DNA of 64,000 nt, from positions 1 through 64,000 of the forward strand of contig CAZPRK010000006.1 in the NCBI GenBank assembly GCA_964589485.1, read 5' to 3'. The position numbers and the translations under genes were made by a program. The number at the start of each line of letters is the position of its first letter. Position 1 is the first letter of the stretch. Under the pieces are notes generated by a model. The model worked only from the letters and a program-made list of their open reading frames with translations, ran no database searches and was not told the origin of the DNA. This stretch comes from an uncultured Methanosarcinales archaeon. GTDB taxonomy: Archaea; Nanobdellota; Nanobdellia; Woesearchaeales; CAYSVS01. Shown piece after piece: positions 1 to 9,518 of this stretch.

Positions 1-2
1 CT

Positions 3-896
3 AAAGTTGATAAAAGTAAACAGAAAACAAGAAATGATAAACTTGATCTTGAAGAATTTCACAAGATACTTGATTTCTTTTCAAATGACTTGCGAATGCA
101 AGCTTATTTGATGTTAGCTTTGGAGAGTATTGCAAGACCTCAAGAGTTGTTGTATCGGAAAATTAGAGATATTGAACATAAAAAACCAAACTATGCAATC
201 ATTACTTTATCAGATCATGGCAAAGAAGGAACAGGGATTCTCCAATGCATTGACGCATATCCTTTTTTGATGAGATGGCTTGAAAAGCATCCATTCAAGA
301 ATGATCCAAACGCATACATCTTTGTTAACACTGGCAATAAAAAAATGGGTGCACAAATGACTCCAGTCAACATAAATAAAAGGCTCGAGACTGCATGTAA
401 AATATTGAAAATCCCTAAACACATAACCTGCTATTCTTTAAAACGAAATGGTGTAACTTTCAGGAGACTTCGTGGTGATACAGACATGGAAATTCAACAC
501 GCTGCAAGATGGACTTCTGCAAAACAATTGAAAACCTATGACATGAGTACACAAAATGATGCTCTGCAGTTACAGCTCATAAAGAAGGGATTAATCCCAC
601 CTGATAAAGTAAAGGCTCAACATAAACATGCAATGCCAAAGAATATTGAATGTCCTTCTTGTGGCAAAGTCAATCCATTTAATGCACTCCAATGCAATAA
701 TTGTGAATCAGTCCTGCATAACAGAGATATCATGAAAGCTGAAAAAGCACAGAAAAAGAAATTCAGTGATATGCAAGAACAGATAGCAAACATGAAGGAA
801 CAGCTTGAAGTCAGAAAACCCTACGAAGCAATGATGGAGAAGCTATTGCAGAATGAGCAAGTGCAAGAGATTGTGAAGGCAGAATTATCTCAATAA
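3..896 (+). CDS. Tyrosine recombinase/integrase with C-terminal zinc ribbon and coiled coil (5'-truncated by window)
   Basis: Frame is open from base 3 (KVDKSKQ...), so the track start at 90 is not the real start; catalytic-type motifs ESIARPQEL (R), YSLKRNG, HAARWT, QLKTY (Y); CPSC...CNNC ribbon. Confidence 0.85.
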   Translation, partial: KVDKSKQKTRNDKLDLEEFHKILDFFSNDLRMQAYLMLALESIARPQELLYRKIRDIEHKKPNYAIITLSDHGKEGTGILQCIDAYPFLMRWLEKHPFKNDPNAYIFVNTGNKKMGAQMTPVNINKRLETACKILKIPKHITCYSLKRNGVTFRRLRGDTDMEIQHAARWTSAKQLKTYDMSTQNDALQLQLIKKGLIPPDKVKAQHKHAMPKNIECPSCGKVNPFNALQCNNCESVLHNRDIMKAEKAQKKKFSDMQEQIANMKEQLEVRKPYEAMMEKLLQNEQVQEIVKAELSQ

Positions 897-1118
897 TTGG
901 TTTATCACTTTTTGATTTGTATTATATTCATCAACTGCAAACAGAATAGGAATTACTGCAAGTGCAAGAATTATCGCTGGTCTCATCCAAGTGGTTTCCC
1001 AAAGAAAGTCAATAATGCCTGATTGAATTATAGATATACCAAGTAAAGTCATTACAGCTCCAGAAATGATTGTTTTAATGAAGTATTGTATTACAAATAA
1101 TGATTTTAATCTTGGCAT
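885..1118 (-). CDS. Small two-TM membrane protein, last gene of the hsdS-hsdM operon
   Basis: Two hydrophobic stretches; starts 9 nt after the SGNH gene stop. Confidence 0.6.
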   Translation of the reverse strand: MPRLKSLFVIQYFIKTIISGAVMTLLGISIIQSGIIDFLWETTWMRPAIILALAVIPILFAVDEYNTNQKVINQLLR

Positions 1119-1127
1119 CTTAATATC

Positions 1128-1754
1128 CTAGCTAATTAGTTTAGTCTTCAGCAATTTATCTTTCACAACACCATAAATAAAATCATAACCTTTAGAATTA
1201 GGATGAACTCCATCTGCAAGTAATTTTGTGTAATCTTGATTTTTCATTTCATTGTAAACATCAATAAAGGGTATTTTGTTCTCTTCAGCAATTGTTTTCA
1301 AGATTTTGTTATACTCTTCAATTCTTGCATTTGTGAAATATGTATTTTCAAATGGGTTTGTAATTTTTTCATCAACTGGTGTTATTCCTATGATCGCAAT
1401 TTCTTTTGAATGCTTCTTTGCAATTTCAATAATTTGTCGGACATTCTTTTCATATTCATCTGGAGGAACATCCAAGTTATCGGGTGTTTCAAATCCTCTC
1501 GAATCATTAATTCCAATGGCTATTAGGATTACATGTTTATCTCCATCCCAAACATATCTTGCTCTGGATATGCATTCAACATCAATTCTCTGAAGTAATC
1601 CTTTAGAATTATCTCCTGGAACTCCTTGATTGTAAACAGCGTGATAAATATCTTGATCTTCATAGTATTTCTTTAATCTTGCAACCCAACCTCCTTTTGA
1701 CTCATCAAATCTGCCAAAAGTTATGCTATCTCCAAATGCAATTATTGATTTCAT
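1128..1754 (-). CDS. SGNH/GDSL-family hydrolase
   Basis: FGDSIT (block I), NQGVPG (II), GIND (III), DGVHPN (V). Confidence 0.9.
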   Translation of the reverse strand: MKSIIAFGDSITFGRFDESKGGWVARLKKYYEDQDIYHAVYNQGVPGDNSKGLLQRIDVECISRARYVWDGDKHVILIAIGINDSRGFETPDNLDVPPDEYEKNVRQIIEIAKKHSKEIAIIGITPVDEKITNPFENTYFTNARIEEYNKILKTIAEENKIPFIDVYNEMKNQDYTKLLADGVHPNSKGYDFIYGVVKDKLLKTKLIS

Positions 1755-2425
1755 TTACAAACCTCACAATTACAGTTATCTATCCATTTACAATAATCAC
1801 ATTCTTCGCCTGCTTCAGGCATATCTCCTTTTAATGTGTCTAATGCTTTCTCGAAAATCTTCTGTGCATTCTTGACATCAGTTTTCATTTTAACTATGTC
1901 TGTATTAAATACAACTGATCCATCTTCATTGACTTTATCTGGATGATAGAATATTAGATATGCATAATCTTCTGTTTCATAGTCGTTCTTTCGTAAAAGG
2001 AAGTTATAGATGTCCATTTGGTTTTGATAGTGTGCTGCTGTGTCTTCTTTTAATGGATATCCTCGTGTTTTGTAGTCAAGAACGATGAGTTTCTTTCCTT
2101 TTTTGAGTATGTTGTCTACTGCTCCTCTGAAGAGGTTTCCTTCTTTGTCTGTCCAAGGGATTCCTTTGAAGTTGCTTCTCCAAATCTTGAGTAGATCGGC
2201 ATCATCAAATAGTTTGATATCTCCATTTAGTTCTGCAAGTTCTGGTGGTAACTCTCCTTTTTCCATGAACTTGTCGAAATGTACTTTTAGTATTTTATCC
2301 ATTCCTGATGGTAGTGATGGAAATATTCCTGCTGGTCTTTTGACGCCTTTATTGAAAGCAAGCCAGAAACATCTTGGACATTCTTTTAGTAATGATAGAC
2401 TTGATGGAGAGAATTTATATGCCAT
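1751..2425 (-). CDS. PD-(D/E)XK nuclease, RecB/Cas4-like with Cys cluster
   Basis: SPSSL..CPRC N-terminus, GAVD...LDYKT, QMDIY, C-terminal CDYC. Confidence 0.85.
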   Translation of the reverse strand: MAYKFSPSSLSLLKECPRCFWLAFNKGVKRPAGIFPSLPSGMDKILKVHFDKFMEKGELPPELAELNGDIKLFDDADLLKIWRSNFKGIPWTDKEGNLFRGAVDNILKKGKKLIVLDYKTRGYPLKEDTAAHYQNQMDIYNFLLRKNDYETEDYAYLIFYHPDKVNEDGSVVFNTDIVKMKTDVKNAQKIFEKALDTLKGDMPEAGEECDYCKWIDNCNCEVCK

Positions 2426-2426
2426 T

Positions 2427-3914
2427 TTAAACCTCCAACTCCTTCAGAGACTTAATAATCTTGTTCTCGATCTCTAAAATATTCTTCTTTATGACTTCAG
2501 GTTTGTCATATTTTACTTCTTCATACTTGATTTTTTTGTATTTAGAAATACTCAAGTCATATCCTTTACCTTTTATTTCTTCCACTGGCACAAAGAAACA
2601 TTTAGTACCCCGATCATCGTATTTTTCCTTTTCTCTTTTCTTGAACTTCTCAATGATATCAGGAATGTCTCCTTTTCCATCTATTTTTGTTCTTTTGTCA
2701 TCAAGTGTGAAACCATCAGCTTGCATGTCATAAAACCATACTTTCTCTGTGGGTTCTCCTTTTGTAAATACAAGGATTCCTGTTGAAACTCCTGCATATG
2801 GTTTGAATACTCCAGAAGGCATTGAAATAACAGCATCTAGTCTGCACTCTTCTACAATAATTTTTCTAATATTTTTATGTGCCTTGGAATTACCAAATAA
2901 TACTCCGTCTGGAACGATTACTGCACATCTTCCACCTTGATTCAGAAGGTTGAACATTAACTCCAAGTATAACAATTCTGTTTTCTTTGAGTTTATTGTG
3001 AATGTATCACTTAGATCAGACTCATCAATGCTACCTTTGAAAGGAGGATTAGCGAGAATTACATCGAAATAATTACTTTGCTCATATCTTTTAGAGAGTG
3101 TATTCTCCTGATTTACTTTAGGATTTTCAATACCATGCATCATTAAATTCATTAATGCAATCCTAACCATTGTTCGATCTATATCAAATCCATGAATCGT
3201 ATTTTCCTCTAGTACTTTCCACTGCGCTTCTGTTAATTTATCCCCTACAAAATTATATTCATTTCCATCTTTGTCTTTTTTGATTAGATCTTTTGATGTT
3301 GAACCTTTTAGTATGTGCTCTAATGCTGAAATCAAAAAACCTGCAGTTCCGCAAGCAGGATCACCCACATTATCTCCAATTTGAGGGTTCACCAATTCAG
3401 TCATCATTTTAATTATATGTCGTGGTGTTCTAAATTGACCATTTTTTCCTGCCGTTGTTAATTGGGACAATAAATATTCATAGATGTCACCTTTTGTATC
3501 TCTGTTCTGTTCTTTAATATGCATATCATTGATTAATTTAACAGATTCTATGAGGAGCGAAGATGTTGGAATAACAAATATTGCATCCTTCATATATTGC
3601 TGATACATGCTATCTTCTGCACCTATGGATCTTAGAAAAGGAAATACTTTGTCTCTAACATGATCAAGTATTTTATCTGCAGACATTTTTGTCCAGACAG
3701 ACCATTTGTAATCATCTTTATCTTTGAATATTTCTGTATGTCCATTACCACCTAATAATGCATTTTGTTCTCTTTTATTTTCCTCATCTTCCAATCTTTT
3801 CATGAAGATTAAATATGACATTTGTTCTATTGCTATTATTGGATTAGAAATCCCTCCACTCCAGAATTTGTCCCATAGTTGATTTATTTTTGATTTTAAT
3901 TCATTGTCTAACAT
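2427..3914 (-). CDS. hsdM: Type I R-M methyltransferase subunit (m6A)
   Basis: GQFRTPRHI, DPACGTAGFL, NPPF motif; start moved to ATG 3914 (MLDNELK), which follows GGAGG. Confidence 0.95.
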   Translation of the reverse strand: MLDNELKSKINQLWDKFWSGGISNPIIAIEQMSYLIFMKRLEDEENKREQNALLGGNGHTEIFKDKDDYKWSVWTKMSADKILDHVRDKVFPFLRSIGAEDSMYQQYMKDAIFVIPTSSLLIESVKLINDMHIKEQNRDTKGDIYEYLLSQLTTAGKNGQFRTPRHIIKMMTELVNPQIGDNVGDPACGTAGFLISALEHILKGSTSKDLIKKDKDGNEYNFVGDKLTEAQWKVLEENTIHGFDIDRTMVRIALMNLMMHGIENPKVNQENTLSKRYEQSNYFDVILANPPFKGSIDESDLSDTFTINSKKTELLYLELMFNLLNQGGRCAVIVPDGVLFGNSKAHKNIRKIIVEECRLDAVISMPSGVFKPYAGVSTGILVFTKGEPTEKVWFYDMQADGFTLDDKRTKIDGKGDIPDIIEKFKKREKEKYDDRGTKCFFVPVEEIKGKGYDLSISKYKKIKYEEVKYDKPEVIKKNILEIENKIIKSLKELEV

Positions 3915-3915
3915 T

Positions 3916-4101
3916 TTATTTTCCTCCAATATGGAATACAAATTTAATTAGGCCCATACCTGCACCTGCAAATAGCAATCCACAAATGAAAAATCTTCCT
4001 GGAAAAACTGGCACGGCAAATAAACTTATTATTCCCCCAACTAAAAATAGTCCTACAAATATTATTGCTTGTCCAAGCATATTTTGACCTTTCTTGTTCA
4101 T
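3916..4101 (-). CDS. Small two-TM protein beginning MNKKGQ, inserted between hsdS and hsdM
   Basis: ATGA overlap with hsdS stop, abuts hsdM start; hydrophobic. Confidence 0.65.
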   Translation of the reverse strand: MNKKGQNMLGQAIIFVGLFLVGGIISLFAVPVFPGRFFICGLLFAGAGMGLIKFVFHIGGK

Positions 4102-5279
4102 AGTAGCTCCCCCTTGAATGCCTTTTGCATTAGTGCGTTGAATAGGTTTTCAATATTTAATTTAACTTCTTTTTGATACTTTTGATTATTTTCAAAATGT
4201 AATGCTAGTTTTGAAAATTTAGTTTGTTCTTCAATAGGGGGAAGAGGTATTTCAAGATCATTAATCTTTGTCAGAGTTAATCTTGTTATTGCTGCTCCAC
4301 CCATTCCACTTCTGATTTTTTCATACATAGTTGAATGATTTAATAAATATTTCAAATAGTAAACATTTAAAGAATTTGACATCTTTAGTAAAGCTAAACT
4401 TGAAAGCATACTAAACTCATAATCCAATGTGTTAACTTGAGCTATACCTGTAGTAACTCCATCTTTGATATATAGCAAATCTCCTTTTTCTGGATTACAT
4501 CTATTATAAATTTGCTTATGAACTTCTTTAGACACATATGTTAAATTAGATAGATCGATTCCATCTTTCTTAATATGTTTAGCAGTTATATATGGATAAT
4601 CTCCTTCATTTAGATTAGTTGGAGAGTGATGAGTCCCATCTGTAATTTTTGTGCATACTTCTGAGAGCTTTTTTAGAGGTAATTTCTTTGTATTATTAGC
4701 AGGATCTCCAAACATATCAACAAACACACTCTTCAAATAATCTTTTGACAATGAATCTGCTTCTTTTCTCCAGTCTTTGATTTGTTCTGCTTTTTCTAGG
4801 AGTGCGATTATTTTCTCTTGAACATCAAGAGGTGGAACTGGAATTGTAAAGTCTCGTAATTTTGTTTCATTTATTGCTTTCTGAGTCGCACCAGTGCATT
4901 CTTTATTCTTCTTTCTTTGGAACTCTCGAGTTCGTAACCAAAAATATACATACTTTGGGTGTAATTTAGATTTATCATTAACTCTTAGTATTGCAAAACC
5001 AGTTGAATATAGATGATCTGAATCTTCTTCACCTATAACATATATTTTTTCAGTATCTTTCATTTTAGCAAAGATAACATCCCCTTTTTGAACTTGCATA
5101 TTTGCTCTGCTCGGTTTAGATTCATAATCTACTTCAGTAGTTTTATCTTTGATTATTCCTGTTTCTACTGATCTCGTATCAATATATACTTTGATTCCTT
5201 CAAATTTTTTAACTCCTGATTTAACTAGATCAAGATATTTGAATATTGGCACTTCTTCCCATCCATTTGGTAATGTCAT
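4098..5279 (-). CDS. hsdS: Type I R-M specificity subunit
   Basis: LPNGWE start; two TRDs each followed by the conserved IPVPPLDVQEKI / IPLPPIEEQTKF segments; LMQKAFKGEL end. Confidence 0.93.
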   Translation of the reverse strand: MTLPNGWEEVPIFKYLDLVKSGVKKFEGIKVYIDTRSVETGIIKDKTTEVDYESKPSRANMQVQKGDVIFAKMKDTEKIYVIGEEDSDHLYSTGFAILRVNDKSKLHPKYVYFWLRTREFQRKKNKECTGATQKAINETKLRDFTIPVPPLDVQEKIIALLEKAEQIKDWRKEADSLSKDYLKSVFVDMFGDPANNTKKLPLKKLSEVCTKITDGTHHSPTNLNEGDYPYITAKHIKKDGIDLSNLTYVSKEVHKQIYNRCNPEKGDLLYIKDGVTTGIAQVNTLDYEFSMLSSLALLKMSNSLNVYYLKYLLNHSTMYEKIRSGMGGAAITRLTLTKINDLEIPLPPIEEQTKFSKLALHFENNQKYQKEVKLNIENLFNALMQKAFKGELL

Positions 5280-5659
5280 TTTTTACCCCCTAACATTGAG
5301 CTTGGAACAGGCACAGAATCTTTCTTTTTCTTTTTGATTATGTGTTCTCTTAGATCTAGCTCTTCTGTAATTGTTTTTTGTAATTGCTGCAAGTATCTTG
5401 CAGACATATTTTTGATAACTTCAACTTCTGTTTTATCATCAAGCAAGATGTTCCAGCTGAAATTATCCTTGTCCTTGTTGTAGTTGATTTTATTAGAACC
5501 TGCAACATGATGAGGTACTGAAACCTTGATCTCATTTAGCAACAAATCCCTAATTAATGAAGATGGAGTAATGCCTTTCTTTTTGCAATACTCATCTATT
5601 CTAGTGAACTCTTCTCTTGAGATTTTTGCTGATATTGATTTATATTCTGATACTCTCAT
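5276..5659 (-). CDS. RHH-domain protein with C-terminal extension
   Basis: N-terminus KSISAKISREEFTRIDEYCKKKGITPSSLIRDLL fits the beta-alpha-alpha RHH pattern; ATGA overlap with hsdS. Confidence 0.75.
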   Translation of the reverse strand: MRVSEYKSISAKISREEFTRIDEYCKKKGITPSSLIRDLLLNEIKVSVPHHVAGSNKINYNKDKDNFSWNILLDDKTEVEVIKNMSARYLQQLQKTITEELDLREHIIKKKKKDSVPVPSSMLGGKK

Positions 5660-5681
5660 GAAAATAGAAAAAGATAGCTAG

Positions 5682-5689
5682 TATATAAA
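5682..5689 (-). promoter_or_regulatory. Archaeal TATA box for the RHH-hsdS-hsdM operon (probably leaderless)
   Basis: TTTATATA centred about 26 nt upstream of ATG 5659. Confidence 0.65.
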
Positions 5690-5713
5690 GCTTGTGTGTC
5701 AACCAAGGTTGAC

Positions 5714-8491
5714 CTATTTCATAACAATTGCTTGTACTCTGGCCACAATGCTCTTTAATTCATCCACTCCATTGAACAATTCGACGGGGTTCTCGTCTTT
5801 AAACGGCTCTTTTGCGAAGTCCTTTAGTTCAATATATTTCCTGTTGGCAAAGACCTTTTTCAGCATTTGCAAGAACTCTATTTGCTTAGAATTATAGTTA
5901 ATATGATCTATCACATACTTGTCAAATTCCCTTTCAATGATCTCCTTAGGATCATATTCATGAGTTAAACCAATCATTTCATGTAGGAACTTCAAGAAAT
6001 CTTTATGAAGGTTAGTTTGAATACTCTCTATGGTGTATGATGGATTCAGTTTGATTAATTCTTTCTCTAACTCGTGAAGTTCCATACAAGTGATTCCTTG
6101 CTTCTTTTTGATTTTTTGAACAACAGAATTATTTTTAATGAACTCTGCCATCTTTGGATCTTCTTTAATCTCATAAACAAACTTAGTTCTACTCACAACA
6201 GTATCTGGTTTATCTATCTCGATTGGTGATCCTTTCTCTTCTTCATAATATTTCATCAGAGGAGATAATTCTTTTAGTATGATTTCTACTCTTTCGAATG
6301 TTAGATCATCCCAGAAATCATCTTTCAAAACTTCAATTATTCTAGATTTTTTTGCCTTGATCTCATTAATTTTATTCACTTTATCCAGAATGTTTTCCAT
6401 TCTAACTTGAACGTATGCTTTTATTTTATCAATTAAATCTAGTTTATTCTTAACTATTGCATAAAATAATTTCTCTACCTGAAGAATAAACGGTGTAACT
6501 TTGGGATCTTTGCCATGGAGCATTATCATCAATGGTTGAATCTCTTCATGTAACTCTTTAACATATTTATCAAGATCAAATGTACCCTTTAGTTTTTTAA
6601 TTAATGAATGTTTTTCTCTAACAATAAAAGAGTCTTCATTTAATGAGTTAATGTCTGTTAGAAGTTTTTCCACAATGATTTTCTTTTGATTGTCAGTCAG
6701 ATTCTGTTTCAATAAATTAATCCTATTATCAAATATGATTGTTAGAATATCCTTTCCTGATTTCTTTTCTTTTGTTTTATTCAAATGATGTAATTTAACA
6801 TTATTAACATCTCCAAGTTGGAAGTCTATCATCAAGAAATCATTCTTAAAAGGCGAACCATTTTCTTGAGGCAACCACTCTGGATGTCTTCCAGGAGCAC
6901 ATGCTGCTTTGAAGTTTCTAGTTCCTCTTCCAAGCATCTGCCAGAATCTAATTGGAGAATAAACAGGCCCAATAAATACTAGATTACATACTTCGGGTAT
7001 ATCGACACCAGTGTCTAGCATACCTACTGATAATGCAATCCTAGGTTCAGATTTCTGCTTGAACCTTTTAACTTCATCTTGTGATCTATATCTTGAGACA
7101 ATAACTTGAACATGATTACTTAGGCTAGGATCTAAATTTTGGAACGCCTTCTTCATACGATCTGCATGTTTTTTGCCCCTACAGAAGAAAATAGATTTAC
7201 AGGGCAATCCTTCGGGAGATCTATAACAATTTTGAAGAAATTCTGCTACAATTAGTTCATTTGTTTTCTTGTCAAGGAATGTTCTCTCGAATTGAGTACC
7301 TTCTAAATCGGTGTTTTCAGGGTCAACTTCTTGTTTTCTCAACTGATCCTTTAATGCAGCTGTTAATTTTTGCCCTTTAATTCCTAATTTTAAATTCTCG
7401 GTCTCTATTACAATTGGTAAATATGGAACTAGGTCGCCTGCTCTCACTGCATCATCATAATCATATTCTACAGTTGGTTCTCCCTCAGCACAATCAAATA
7501 ATCCATATGTATTTTTTGAATCTTCTTCTCTAGGTGTTGCAGTTAATCCAATTTTAATAGCATCAAAATATTGATGAATGTAATTGTTTCTATCGTATTG
7601 TGATCTGTGAGCTTCATCAAATACAATCAAATCAAAAAAACCAGGACTAAATTTATCAACCATTCTGTTGTTGTTTTTACCCATTAATGTCTGGACTGTT
7701 GAAGAATAGAATCTTGACGTAGTACTAAATCCATTTCTATGCAATTCATGAACAGGTTCTTTAAAGAATTTTTTGAATCCATCTGCACTAGCTTGATCTG
7801 CCAATGCAATTCTATCTGCTATGAATAAAACATTTCTCACATAATTTGCTTTTACAAGAATATCAATTATTGCCATAGCTATTCTGGTCTTTCCTGTACC
7901 TGTCGCCATCTGAACCAATGCTTTTTTATGGCCTTTTGAAAAATGTTCAGCAAGTTTCTTCACATTTAGAACACTTCTATCTCTATCAACAACTTTAGTG
8001 AATATTTTTGTAGGGTCTTTTCTTTTTCTAAATAACTCAGCTTTTCTTTCAAGATCTTCCTGACTAAAAGGTCCACCTCTAATTTCCTCTTCCCTCCCCA
8101 TCTCATCTATTAAAAACCATTTCTCTCCATTTGTCAAAAATATTGGAACTTTCTTTCCTATTTGATTTTCAATATCTTCTTGATAGGTTCTTGCTTGAAT
8201 TGTTCCTTCTTTTGGATCAACAGCATATTTCTTTGCTTCAATAATTGCAAGTGGAGAATTATCTTGAGCCAATAGTAAATAATCTATAAATCTATCAACT
8301 CCTTTCTCACAAGTACCATCAAATAAATCATAATTTTTTGTTTTAAAATTAGATTTCACAGAATTAACTTCATCCTTCCACTGAGTTTTTTTCCAACCTA
8401 CTTTAATCAGTTGTTTATCAATGAACTTCTTTCTAGTCTGATTCTCAGAGATGAGTTTTACATAATCCTCATTGATTTTATGACTAGTCAT
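5714..8491 (-). CDS. hsdR: Type I R-M restriction/motor subunit (EcoAI/EcoEI-like)
   Basis: IDYLL...IIEAKK nuclease motif, MATGTGKT, DEAH, GLTATP, MLDTGVDIP, QMLGRGTR. Confidence 0.93.
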   Translation of the reverse strand: MTSHKINEDYVKLISENQTRKKFIDKQLIKVGWKKTQWKDEVNSVKSNFKTKNYDLFDGTCEKGVDRFIDYLLLAQDNSPLAIIEAKKYAVDPKEGTIQARTYQEDIENQIGKKVPIFLTNGEKWFLIDEMGREEEIRGGPFSQEDLERKAELFRKRKDPTKIFTKVVDRDRSVLNVKKLAEHFSKGHKKALVQMATGTGKTRIAMAIIDILVKANYVRNVLFIADRIALADQASADGFKKFFKEPVHELHRNGFSTTSRFYSSTVQTLMGKNNNRMVDKFSPGFFDLIVFDEAHRSQYDRNNYIHQYFDAIKIGLTATPREEDSKNTYGLFDCAEGEPTVEYDYDDAVRAGDLVPYLPIVIETENLKLGIKGQKLTAALKDQLRKQEVDPENTDLEGTQFERTFLDKKTNELIVAEFLQNCYRSPEGLPCKSIFFCRGKKHADRMKKAFQNLDPSLSNHVQVIVSRYRSQDEVKRFKQKSEPRIALSVGMLDTGVDIPEVCNLVFIGPVYSPIRFWQMLGRGTRNFKAACAPGRHPEWLPQENGSPFKNDFLMIDFQLGDVNNVKLHHLNKTKEKKSGKDILTIIFDNRINLLKQNLTDNQKKIIVEKLLTDINSLNEDSFIVREKHSLIKKLKGTFDLDKYVKELHEEIQPLMIMLHGKDPKVTPFILQVEKLFYAIVKNKLDLIDKIKAYVQVRMENILDKVNKINEIKAKKSRIIEVLKDDFWDDLTFERVEIILKELSPLMKYYEEEKGSPIEIDKPDTVVSRTKFVYEIKEDPKMAEFIKNNSVVQKIKKKQGITCMELHELEKELIKLNPSYTIESIQTNLHKDFLKFLHEMIGLTHEYDPKEIIEREFDKYVIDHINYNSKQIEFLQMLKKVFANRKYIELKDFAKEPFKDENPVELFNGVDELKSIVARVQAIVMK

Positions 8492-8618
8492 TTTTCATCT
8501 GTTTCTCCATCATTATCTCGAATTGCCTTGATACTAATAGGCCTTTCTTTTTACAAAATTGTCTATACTGATCATAGAGCTTTTCGTTAACTCTCAGAGT
8601 AATATTCTTTGATTCCAT
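8484..8618 (-). CDS. 44-aa RHH protein directly upstream of hsdR (not in ORF track)
   Basis: Hand translation MESKNITLRVNEKLYDQYRQFCKKKGLLVSRQFEIMMEKQMKND; overlaps the hsdR start by 8 nt; TATA upstream. Confidence 0.75.
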   Translation of the reverse strand: MESKNITLRVNEKLYDQYRQFCKKKGLLVSRQFEIMMEKQMKND

Positions 8619-8631
8619 TGTTTATAAACTA

Positions 8632-8655
8632 CAAATATACTCAAATGTATATAAA
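8632..8655 (-). promoter_or_regulatory. TATA box (8648-8655) and adjacent short direct repeat, candidate RHH operator
   Basis: TTTATATA on minus strand; caaatatac/caaatgtat repeat with 10-nt period between TATA and ATG 8618. Confidence 0.5.
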
Positions 8656-8752
8656 TATTACGCACTATATAAAAAAAATGCCAAAAAAATGTCACTTAAA
8701 GGAACATAAATCTCTTGTTTGCGTTCCAATGTGCCATTTTTCATAATGTTTT

Positions 8753-8923
8753 TCAGCGATTTTCTGCTGAATCTTGGTTTTTATGACATTTTTCTTTGGC
8801 CAAAATACGCCACTTTTTCTTCCTTAAAGTATCTGATTGAACTACTCCTTCAAAATTGTCATAGAGTACTTTTGGATCAGCTAGCTCTTCAAAATTCAAT
8901 TCATTCCATTTCTTTACTATCAT
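8753..8923 (-). CDS. Small hypothetical protein (56 aa)
   Basis: ATG 8923 preceded by GGTGA, directly after the upstream gene stop. Confidence 0.5.
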   Translation of the reverse strand: MIVKKWNELNFEELADPKVLYDNFEGVVQSDTLRKKKWRILAKEKCHKNQDSAENR

Positions 8924-8927
8924 TTTA

Positions 8928-9221
8928 TCACCAGTCCGTATCAATACCTTTGTCTTCAAGCTCTTTGTTGATCTGCTGGAGTTCCTTTTGGATTAGCAAG
9001 AATCTATCAACTATCTCTTGCTTTCTTCCAAGAAGCATTCTTTTCTTCGCATCTTCATAGCGAGGATCATTGATGAAATAGAATATGACCAGCTTTCGAA
9101 TCAATAATGACAGTTCATTATTTCCATTCTTCTTGACATAGTCTTCAACAATAGTTCTTGCTGGATTTCCTATTTCTCCGAAGTTTATTGTTCTTCTATC
9201 ATACTTCTTTGGCTTTCCCAT
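8928..9221 (-). CDS. Hypothetical protein, possible RHH-like N-terminus plus coiled coil
   Basis: ATG 9221 (MGKPKKY) with GGAG upstream; RRTINF...ELSLLIRKLV pattern. Confidence 0.6.
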   Translation of the reverse strand: MGKPKKYDRRTINFGEIGNPARTIVEDYVKKNGNNELSLLIRKLVIFYFINDPRYEDAKKRMLLGRKQEIVDRFLLIQKELQQINKELEDKGIDTDW

Positions 9222-9518
9222 TTCATAACTCCAATTAATACTCAACACTAACCTGATGAACAGGTATTGTTTTTCTATTATTTTCAAGCAAATTGCTTCG
9301 CAAATTGCATTTCTTTTTTAGACTTCAATCTATTGTTGAAATCTTTTTTCTTGGTTTTTTAGCGTCGAGTACCCCAAATTTAGGAGACTCAACATTGTTC
9401 CAAATTTTTTATTAACTTGCGTTATGAAGATTAATTGCATTCAAACGCAATAATTAAATAGAAGAAGCACTAACCTTTCTTTGGACAGATTGACTAGCGC
9501 CTCTTCCAGGTGCTTTTT

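Noticed and set aside
1751..2425. Cas4-like gene as evidence of a CRISPR-Cas locus
   Set aside because: No cas1/cas2 and no repeat-spacer array seen in the window; solo PD-(D/E)XK nucleases are common
4098..5279. Phase-variable or shufflon-type hsdS
   Set aside because: Single hsdS; no silent TRD copies, flanking inverted repeats or simple-sequence tract noticed
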